From an uncultured Planctomycetota bacterium (GTDB lineage Bacteria; Planctomycetota; Planctomycetia; Isosphaerales; Isosphaeraceae): a stretch of 64,000 nucleotides of DNA. Positions within the stretch are counted from its first letter, which is position 1. Each line of letters starts with the position of its first letter. Under the pieces are notes generated by a model, which was not told the origin of the DNA, did no database searches, and saw only the letters and a list, made by a program, of their open reading frames with translations. Shown here piece after piece: positions 29,522-36,504 of this stretch. The translations under genes and the position numbers were made by a program. The stretch is taken from NCBI GenBank assembly GCA_963737655.1, contig CAVTTN010000002.1, positions 1,952,001 to 2,016,000 of the forward strand, written 5' to 3'.

Positions 29522-29893
29522 ACTCTTTGGCTGGGAACGGCCATCGACGCGCGACACTACCCCAACCCCAGGCTTTGTGGCCGGGCAGCGGCGAGGTCCG
29601 GGTAGCAAACCGACGGATTCAAGAGCGGCGGACGAGGCGCGGGCCGAGAGGGGAGTCGGTTACGCTTGCAGTCTCTTCGACGGGAACATCCCCGCGAGTC
29701 GGCTCGCGGGGCGTCGCCAATGACCGGATCACGACCTCTCGGGCCAGGCTAACCTACGGGCAGGGAGCACCAAGGTGGAGACGGCCGGGAGGCCCGCGCC
29801 ACACTCAGGCTACGCCGCGCCGGGTCGGCGGGCAAGTCGTCCCCGACCCCCGTTCACGCCCCGTCGGGAGCGGACGAAGGCCGCAGGATGGTT
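29514..29893 (-). mobile_element. 380-bp element, copy g (type 1)
   Basis: Inserted in GACT^AAC. Confidence 0.9.
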
Positions 29894-29988
29894 AACCTCG
29901 CGCTGCAGCCGACCCCACCCGCCGCGGCGGTTTTCGGTATAGTCGATGTCGCTCGGGCGGGTGGGTCTGCTGAGCTTTGGCGTTAGGC
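29894..29988 (+). repeat. attC site, interrupted by element g
   Basis: aacctcgcgctgcagccgacc...gttaggc. Confidence 0.85.
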
Positions 29989-30004
29989 CCAAGGAGGGCG
30001 GGTC

Positions 30005-30775
30005 GTGGCTCGGAAGCGGAAGAGCACCCCCGGTCCGTACTTGTTGTACCTTGAGGTCCTCCGCGGTCGCATCCCGGACGTCAGCCGCTTCCCGTACAAC
30101 CTGCCCGCCTTCCGCGCCCTGACGACGCTGCCGTTCCATCCCAAGGTGACGTTCCTCGTCGGGGAGAACGGGTCCGGCAAATCGACACTCCTGGAGGCCG
30201 TCGCCGTCGAGTGCGGGTTGAATCCCGAAGGCGGCAGCCGGAACTTCCACTTCGCCACGCGGGCCTCGCACTCGTCGCTCGACGAATGCGTTCGGCTCGC
30301 GAAGGCCCCGGCTTCGCCCGGCGACTGGTACTTCTTGCGGGCCGAGAGCTTTTACAACGTGGCTTCGGAGATCGAACGTCTCGACGAGGGACCGGGAGGC
30401 GGGCCGATCATCGGTGCCTACGGCGGCAAGTCGCTCCACGAGCAGTCGCACGGGGAGTCTTTTTTCGCCCTGTTCCAGAACCGGTTCCGGGACCATGGGC
30501 TGTACCTGATGGATGAGCCGGAGGCCGCGTTGTCGCCGAAGCGGCAACTCCAATTCCTCGCATTGCTCCACGACTACGTGTGCCGGGGCGGGCAGTTCGT
30601 CATCGCCACGCACTCACCGATCATCATGGCGTACCCCGAATCGCGCATCTATTTGCTGGACGGCGAGGGTATCCGGGAGATTGCTTACACGGACACCGAG
30701 CACTACCAGATCACTCGGGGATTCCTGAGCAACCCGCAGCGGTCGCTGTCGGTGCTGCTCGGTGAGGAGCGATAA
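30005..30775 (+). CDS. Cassette ORF, stand-alone ABC/AAA-type ATPase
   Basis: Walker A GENGSGKS, signature QSHGE, Walker B LMDEPE, H-loop ATHSP. Confidence 0.9.
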   Translation: MARKRKSTPGPYLLYLEVLRGRIPDVSRFPYNLPAFRALTTLPFHPKVTFLVGENGSGKSTLLEAVAVECGLNPEGGSRNFHFATRASHSSLDECVRLAKAPASPGDWYFLRAESFYNVASEIERLDEGPGGGPIIGAYGGKSLHEQSHGESFFALFQNRFRDHGLYLMDEPEAALSPKRQLQFLALLHDYVCRGGQFVIATHSPIIMAYPESRIYLLDGEGIREIAYTDTEHYQITRGFLSNPQRSLSVLLGEER

Positions 30776-30779
30776 ATAG

Positions 30780-30883
30780 GCCCAGCCTCGCGCCGCTGCA
30801 GCGGACCCGGCCCACCTCCTCGCTTTCTGGTAACATGAAGGTCACTCTCGGCGGCGCGGGTCCGCTGAGCTTGGGCGTTAGGC
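30780..30883 (+). repeat. attC site (R'' degenerate)
   Basis: gctgcagcggacc...ggtccgctgagc...gttaggc. Confidence 0.8.
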
Positions 30884-30899
30884 GTGTCGCGAAAGCACA

Positions 30900-31469
30900 A
30901 TGAGCGAACCGAGACTTACATTCGCAACGCAATCCGAGTGGGAAGACTGGCTTGAAGCCAATGGCAGCACTTCGCCCGGCGTGTGGCTTCGCTTGGCGAA
31001 GAAGTCTGCCGAGCAACCAACGGTCACTTATGCACAAGCGCGAGAAAGCGCTCTTTGCCACGGGTGGATCGATGGCCAAAAGCAATCGGAAAACCAGCAC
31101 TATTGGCTTCAGCGCTTTACACCGAGAACTGCCAAGAGCATCTGGTCGAAGATCAACAAGGAAAAGGCGGAGGCACTCATCACATCGCAACGGATGCGGG
31201 CAGCAGGTCTGGTCGCGATAGAACGGGCAAAATCGGACGGAAGATGGGATGCGGCATACTCATCGGCGAGCACTTCGACCGTCCCTGACGACCTGCAAGA
31301 AGCCCTTGATGCAAACCCAAGAGCCAAAACGTTTTTTGCGACGCTCAATAGCCAAAATAGGTATGCCATCTTGTTTCGAATTCAAAAAGTCAAGAAGGCC
31401 GAGACACGGGCGAAGAAGATCGCTCAATTCATTGAAATGCTCAATGATGGCGAAAAGCTCTATCCATAA
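30900..31469 (+). CDS. Cassette ORF, YdeI/OmpD-associated (bacteriocin-protection) family
   Basis: WEDWL, ALCHGWIDG, RFTPR..KSIWSKINK, PDDLQEAL, KKAETRAKKI; visibly lower GC than the host. Confidence 0.85.
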   Translation: MSEPRLTFATQSEWEDWLEANGSTSPGVWLRLAKKSAEQPTVTYAQARESALCHGWIDGQKQSENQHYWLQRFTPRTAKSIWSKINKEKAEALITSQRMRAAGLVAIERAKSDGRWDAAYSSASTSTVPDDLQEALDANPRAKTFFATLNSQNRYAILFRIQKVKKAETRAKKIAQFIEMLNDGEKLYP

Positions 31470-31553
31470 CGAAGCCTGTCTAGTTGATGCAGAAAAGTTT
31501 ATCAAAATGATACATGTTAAATATTGATACTTGTCATAGACTGCGAGCGTCCC

Positions 31554-31658
31554 GCCTGACCTCGCGCCGCAGCGGACCCGGCCCGCCGCGGCGCCCGCTG
31601 GGGATGCGTAGGACAGACTCGGCGGGCCGGTCAGGTCCTCTGAGCTTGATCGTTAGGC
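31554..31658 (+). repeat. attC site (GCCTGAC variant)
   Basis: gcctgacctcgcgccgcagcggacc...gttaggc. Confidence 0.8.
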
Positions 31659-31674
31659 GGCAGGAGACCCCACG

Positions 31675-32180
31675 GTGGACGAGCCTGGGTTTTGGAAGAT
31701 CATCGATGCGGCCGGGCGAGCAGCCCACAGTGACCCCGAGCGGCAACTCTCCGCCGTCCGCAAGCGGTTGAGCGATCTCGCGCCGAGGAACTGGTCGAGT
31801 TCCACGCGATCTTCAACCGCAAATTGGCCGAAGCCTATACCTGGGACCTCTGGGGCGCCGCCTATCTCATCAACGGTGGGTGTTCTGATGATGGCTTCGC
31901 CTACTTCCGGGCCTGGCTTATCTCATGTGGTCAATCCGTCTACTCTTCAGCCCTCCGCAAACCCGACTCACTGTCGAGCATCGTCGATCCCGATCGCGAC
32001 GATTACGAGTTCGAGGATCTGTGGGGGATCGCCCAAGTCATCTACGAAGAGACGACGGGTAGCGAGATGCCAACGGTCGATTTTGCTTGGCCTGCCGAGC
32101 CGAAGGGGGATCGCTGGGATTTCGACGACGACGAACAAGTCACACGCAAGCTCCCCAAACTGGCCGAGCTTTACGCCTGA
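31675..32180 (+). CDS. Cassette ORF, DUF4240 family, 1-bp frameshift near 31785
   Basis: MDEPGFWKII in one frame; LWGAAYLINGGCSDDGFAYFRAWLI...LPKL in another. Confidence 0.8.
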
Positions 32181-32274
32181 CCTCGCGCTGCAGCGGACCC
32201 CGCACCGCCTCGGTGCTCCCCGTGCTATCATGGATTCCTGGGCGGTGCAGGTCCGCTGAGCTCTATCGTTAGGC
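32175..32274 (+). repeat. attC site (GCCTGAC variant; TGA is the gene's stop)
   Basis: gcctgacctcgcgctgcagcgg...gttaggc. Confidence 0.85.
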
Positions 32275-32289
32275 GGCTTGGAGACACCG

Positions 32290-32853
32290 ATGGAGGAATC
32301 GGACCTCGCCGCGATTGCGCACCGGCTCGCTCGCCCGAGCGTCCTGCTCAAGCGCGACGCCGCCGTGGGTGCTCTCGCCGGCGTGTGGGGCGGCGCAGGC
32401 GTTGTGCCCGCCCCGGCCGGGCCTTTCCGGCACTGGCTCAGCATCGACTGCCGCTTCCTCCCTGCCGGGCTCGGGCCGCCTGGCGGCGTCCTGAGCGTCT
32501 ACACCAACGAACAGGACTGCGTGTCCGGTTACGTGGGCCACGACCCGGCGGCGAGCCTCGCGGTCGGCGAGGGGCATCCTCTTTATGCACAGCCCAGGTC
32601 CTCGCTTCCACCGCCGGAGGCCCTGTCCGCAGAGGACGATGCGACGTACATTCACCTCTGGCAATCCAACTGTCCTCTGTATGCGAGTGAGGCGACGGCG
32701 GTGCTCGGCGGCTGGCATTTCCCCTGGCCCGACGGCGATTGGGAGGAGTTGCGTGAGCATCGCCTTCTGGTCTGGACGATCGAGGACTCGGAGCCGTGGG
32801 TCGAGGTGTGGGCCGAACCCTTCGGGTTCCGCGTTCTGCAGCGGATCACGTAA
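32290..32853 (+). CDS. Cassette ORF, hypothetical protein
   Basis: GGAG RBS; fills the cassette. Confidence 0.75.
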   Translation: MEESDLAAIAHRLARPSVLLKRDAAVGALAGVWGGAGVVPAPAGPFRHWLSIDCRFLPAGLGPPGGVLSVYTNEQDCVSGYVGHDPAASLAVGEGHPLYAQPRSSLPPPEALSAEDDATYIHLWQSNCPLYASEATAVLGGWHFPWPDGDWEELREHRLLVWTIEDSEPWVEVWAEPFGFRVLQRIT

Positions 32854-32857
32854 CGCC

Positions 32858-32915
32858 GCCTAACCGGGCGCTGCAGCGGACCCCGCACCGCCGCATCTGA
32901 TCTTTGGCGTTAGGC
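32858..32915 (+). repeat. Short 58-bp attC with internal deletion
   Basis: GCCTAAC...GTTAGGC but the right arm of the stem is missing. Confidence 0.75.
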
Positions 32916-32929
32916 GGCTTGGAGGCGAC

Positions 32930-33286
32930 GTGTCCGAAGGCGCACTCTTCAAGCCCGGTCAACTCGACTTCGTCCACTCGATCCGAGACCTGCTCGGCGA
33001 GGTCCGTGAGCGACCAGCCATGTGGCTCGGTGAGAAGTCGCTGACCGGGCTCAAGTGCCTCCTGTTCGGCGACGAGATCGCTTGTGGCAAGCATGGCATC
33101 ACCGAGCCGGATCAACTGCCGGATGACGTCCCCTGGCGGGGTTTCCGCGAGTGGCTTGCGGGGCGTTATGATAGAGTCGGCTGGAGCGTCGATTGGTACT
33201 GGTTGCTCATCGAACATTCGTCCTCGCAGGAGGAGGCGTTCGATCGCTTCTTCGAGCTGCTCGCGGAATACGAGGCCGCCGTCTAA
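32930..33286 (+). CDS. Cassette ORF, hypothetical protein
   Basis: GTG start after GGAGG; TAA stop inside the R'' box. Confidence 0.75.
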   Translation: MSEGALFKPGQLDFVHSIRDLLGEVRERPAMWLGEKSLTGLKCLLFGDEIACGKHGITEPDQLPDDVPWRGFREWLAGRYDRVGWSVDWYWLLIEHSSSQEEAFDRFFELLAEYEAAV

Positions 33287-33380
33287 CCTCGTGCTGCAGA
33301 GGACCCCGCACCGCCGCGGCGGTTTACGCGTTATCCTCGTACTCTCGGCGGTGTGGGTCCGCTGAGCTTTGGCGTTCGGC
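33281..33380 (+). repeat. attC site
   Basis: GTCTAAC...GTTCGGC. Confidence 0.85.
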
Positions 33381-33395
33381 GGCGGAGAATCAACC

Positions 33396-33803
33396 ATGAT
33401 CCGACGGCCAGACCTCCGCCCCAGGGTCCGCCATCTCCTGATCGGCGTGGCCGTCGCAGCAGTCGGCCTCTTCGTATTCCGGGACACCTGGGATGGTGGC
33501 GAGGAGGTCATCGTTCGCCAAGATCCGGAGGATCGGCGACCGTGGAATCGCGGCGATGCGATCCGAGTCCGGCTGGATGGCGACCGTTTGCGCGCGTACG
33601 GCCTCTCCAAAGCAGACGTGGTGGAAGCGCTGACACCGAGCACCATTCTCGGTTCCCAGAAGCGAGTCGATCCGCCCGCGGGGGTCGTGTACTTCAGGCG
33701 CCTCCCACGAGCCGACCAGCTCGAAAACTGCGTCTTGAAGGCCGATGCCGAGGGGGAGATCGTCCGGCTCAAGGATGTTGCGAGGGTCGAAGTCGGTCGG
33801 TGA
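33396..33803 (+). CDS. Cassette ORF: one TM helix plus a stand-alone AcrB-like docking (DN) subdomain
   Basis: AIRVRLDGDRLRAYGLSKADVVEAL...VLKADAEGEIVRLKDVARVE aligns by eye with the permease at 13162. Confidence 0.75.
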   Translation: MIRRPDLRPRVRHLLIGVAVAAVGLFVFRDTWDGGEEVIVRQDPEDRRPWNRGDAIRVRLDGDRLRAYGLSKADVVEALTPSTILGSQKRVDPPAGVVYFRRLPRADQLENCVLKADAEGEIVRLKDVARVEVGR

Positions 33804-33924
33804 AGGCTCGGCATCGCCCATCGATTCTCGACGGGATGGGGAGGGGGTCGAGTGGCTCGGCTCGGGCGGGCCGTCCGTCAGAGAGGGTGGTCACCGCCGC
33901 CGGAAGCGTGCCGGCCGGTCTGCC

Positions 33925-34024
33925 GCGTAACCTCGCTCCGCCGCGGGTTCCGCGGCGCCGCGGCGCTTGTGGTAGCATCACCGATGTCTCGGCGGTGCGG
34001 ATCCGCTGAGCTTGATCGTTTGGC
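33925..34024 (+). repeat. attC site (degenerate)
   Basis: gcgtaacctcgc...tccgctgagc...gtttggc. Confidence 0.75.
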
Positions 34025-34065
34025 GGCGGAGATCCGACCGGGCTTTACAGGAAGGAGTTCCAGGT

Positions 34066-34506
34066 ATGCGATCGCGTTCCGTCTGGCTATGCGGCTCGAT
34101 CGTCGTGGCCCTGGCTTGCGCGGGGTTGAGGGCTGACGTTCCGCCCCTCGGCGTCGATGAGTTGAAACAGCAGGCGACTCACGTCGTCGTCGGGAAGCTC
34201 ACGACGGTGTATCGCTCGGCAAAAACCGGCGACGACTTCGTGAGGACGAGCGGCATCGCCGAGATCGTTGTCGAGAAGGTCGAGAAAGGCGGCGGGCCAA
34301 AGGTTGGTGAGGTCACGTTCGTCCGGTTCTGGAACCAGCACTGGGTTGGTAAGGGAATGGTTCCCCCGCACAGCCCCGGCCATCACGTCCCGGCGGAGGG
34401 CGCGGTCGTCCGCGCCTACCTGAAGCGAGGCCAGGATGGCAGCTACGAGGCCCTGTTGCCGAATGGATTGGCGGTCGTGGCCGAGCCCGCGATCCGGCCT
34501 CGATGA
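34066..34506 (+). CDS. Cassette ORF, secreted hypothetical protein
   Basis: AGGAG RBS; signal peptide ending GLRA. Confidence 0.75.
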   Translation: MRSRSVWLCGSIVVALACAGLRADVPPLGVDELKQQATHVVVGKLTTVYRSAKTGDDFVRTSGIAEIVVEKVEKGGGPKVGEVTFVRFWNQHWVGKGMVPPHSPGHHVPAEGAVVRAYLKRGQDGSYEALLPNGLAVVAEPAIRPR

Positions 34507-34527
34507 GCGTACGGCTCCGGAAGCTGC

Positions 34528-34626
34528 GCCCAACCTCGCTCTGCGGCGGACCCGGCCACGCGGGCGCGGTATGATCGTGCGGGGCGTACCGGAATGGGGC
34601 CGGTCCGCGGAGCTTGGTCGTGAGGC
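34528..34626 (+). repeat. attC site (GCCCAAC...GTGAGGC)
   Basis: gcggacccggcc...ggccggtccgcggagc. Confidence 0.8.
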
Positions 34627-34644
34627 GGCGGAGTCAAAGACGCT

Positions 34645-35088
34645 ATGTCTGTCGAGATCGAGCCGGTGCTGCTCTCGGGCGATGACGACGCCATCTTCGA
34701 GTTCGCGTCGGACCCCGACAATTGCCTCGTCACCGACCATCGGGAGGACGAGGGCGACCTGATCGGCTACGTCATCGACGCGATCCCCGAGGCCGGGTTG
34801 GCCTTCTCGGAGGACGACTCGGGCGATGACCTGATCCTCTCCTGCCGAGGCCGCTCCACGCCGGTCGGCCTGACGATGACCCCCCGGGACCGCTACATCA
34901 CCATCCGCGCCCTCAACCGCCTCCTGGCGGGCGACTATGAGATGCGGCTGTTCCGGGTCACGCGCCAGGCGGACACGCACTCCTTCTATCTCAAGCCCGC
35001 CCGATGGTGGAGCGAAGCGGAGAGGGACCATCCCGAGGAGGTGGACCGAGTCTTCCTGGTGGTCGACGAGGCGCTGGACTTCCCGTGA
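34645..35088 (+). CDS. Cassette ORF, acidic hypothetical protein
   Basis: GGAG RBS; fills the last cassette. Confidence 0.75.
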   Translation: MSVEIEPVLLSGDDDAIFEFASDPDNCLVTDHREDEGDLIGYVIDAIPEAGLAFSEDDSGDDLILSCRGRSTPVGLTMTPRDRYITIRALNRLLAGDYEMRLFRVTRQADTHSFYLKPARWWSEAERDHPEEVDRVFLVVDEALDFP

Positions 35089-35089
35089 C

Positions 35090-35191
35090 GCCGAACCTGG
35101 CGCCGCGGCGGACCCCGCGCCGCCGCGGAGCTTTCTCCTTCGAGTCGACGGATCCTCGGCGGTGCGGGTCCGCCGAGCTGATGCGTCAGGC
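35090..35191 (+). repeat. Last attC site (GCCGAAC...GTCAGGC)
   Basis: gcggacccc...gggtccgccgagc. Confidence 0.78.
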
Positions 35192-35256
35192 GGCTACCCC
35201 CTTGCGTGAGGAAAAGGGGTCAGGAGTGCTCTGGAGAAAACCCCGGTGATAGCGTA

Positions 35257-35338
35257 GAAACGAGTAGGTCCGACTTCAGTCGGGCCTACAGAATAAGACG
35301 TTTTTGTAGGCCCGACTGAAGTCGGACCTACTCGTTTC
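35257..35338. repeat. GTAG-type REP doublet (REPIN-like), perfect 34-bp arms
   Basis: gaaacgagtaggtccgacttcagtcgggcctaca with its exact reverse complement at 35305-35338. Confidence 0.85.
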
Positions 35339-35498
35339 CTCATTCTCAATGGGGTTTTCTATGGAGCAGGGCCGGGGCCGATTTTGACCGGGGCGGGTGG
35401 CTGAACGACCGCCTCACCGTGAACGCGGGAAAGGGGCCAGGAGCCGATTTCGAGCAATACCCAGTGGTCGGGTCGAGAATCGGGCGATCCGGTTGGTT

Positions 35499-36413
35499 TC
35501 AGCCTGAGGGCGGGGTGGCGATCTCGTAGAGGTCGGACCCTTCGTTGCGGTCGGAGAGGAAGAGGAGTTTTCGGCCGTCGGGCGACCAGGTGGGGAAGGT
35601 GTCTCGGCCGGGATGCCTGGTGAGGTTCGTGGGGTTGGAGCCGTCGGCGGCCATCAGGTAGACCTCGAACTGGCCGTCTCGATTGGAGACGAAGGCGATT
35701 TGGCGGCCGTCGGGGGAGATCGCGGGGTAGTCGTCCAGTCCGGGGCTCCTGGTCAGGCGGGCGAGGTGGGTGCCGTCGGGGTGGATGGTGGCGATCTCCA
35801 GGCCGCCCCAGCGGTCGGTGGCGAAGGCGATGATCGTGCCGTCGGGCGACCAGCAGGGGTGGGCGTCGATCCCGGGGCTCTGCGAGAGCCGGACGAGGTC
35901 CGATCCGTCGGATTTGGCCGTGTAGATTTCTTGATTGCCGTCGTGGGTCGAGCTGAAGGCGAACCGCCGGCCGTCGGGCGACCAGCTCGGCCAATCCTGA
36001 TGCGAGAGGCCGCCCGAGCCGTCGCCCACGACCTTCTTGAGCCCCGAGCCGTCGAGGTTCACCATCGCCAGGTCGAGGTTCCCCTGGGTCCCCGAGAGCT
36101 CGACCACGGCCAGGAGCATGCGCTTGCCGTCGGGCGAGAACGCGCCGTTGAACTCCGGGGCCTTGCGGTCGGTCACTCGGCGGAGCGAATTCGGGTCGGT
36201 CCGGTCCATCGCGTACTGGAAGATCGCCATCCCGCCCGATTCGTGACGGGCGAACGTCACGAGCTTGCCGTCGGGCGAGAACGCGGGCCTCTGCTTGTCC
36301 TTGCCGTCGGTCGTGAGCCTTCGGGGGAGGGGAGGATCAACCGCCAAGACGCCAGGTTCGCCAAGAGTAAAAGAGAAAAGAACGAAGAATTTCACATATT
36401 TGAAGAATTTCAC
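35499..36413 (-). CDS. TolB-like PD40 beta-propeller protein
   Basis: Six F/W/I-SPDG repeats; probable GTG start at 36413 or 36395. Confidence 0.85.
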   Translation of the reverse strand: MKFFKYVKFFVLFSFTLGEPGVLAVDPPLPRRLTTDGKDKQRPAFSPDGKLVTFARHESGGMAIFQYAMDRTDPNSLRRVTDRKAPEFNGAFSPDGKRMLLAVVELSGTQGNLDLAMVNLDGSGLKKVVGDGSGGLSHQDWPSWSPDGRRFAFSSTHDGNQEIYTAKSDGSDLVRLSQSPGIDAHPCWSPDGTIIAFATDRWGGLEIATIHPDGTHLARLTRSPGLDDYPAISPDGRQIAFVSNRDGQFEVYLMAADGSNPTNLTRHPGRDTFPTWSPDGRKLLFLSDRNEGSDLYEIATPPSG

Positions 36414-36491
36414 AATTTCACCCTCACTGAATTTCTCTTCCTCTTCTTCTTTCTCTTCCTCTTCCTTGGCGGACCTGGCGTCTTGGCGGTT
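36339..36491. repeat. 153-bp element with 27-bp inverted ends and AT-rich core
   Basis: aaccgccaagacgccaggttcgccaag / cttggcggacctggcgtcttggcggtt (1 mismatch). Confidence 0.8.
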
Positions 36492-36504
36492 GGTCCCCCC
36501 CGAT

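Larger units (their letters stand above)
17662..35191 (+). mobile_element. Integron gene-cassette array, about 24 cassettes, no intI in window (CALIN-like)
   Basis: Recurrent ~100-bp imperfect palindromes GCCTAAC-N5-GCTGCAGCGGACC...GGTCCGCTGAGC-N5-GTTAGGC separate short plus-strand ORFs. Confidence 0.93.

Noticed and set aside
17662..35191. CRISPR array interpretation of the regular repeats
   Set aside because: Repeats are ~100-bp imperfect palindromes with RYYYAAC/GTTRRRY ends separated by gene-sized inserts, and no cas genes are present. This fits attC.
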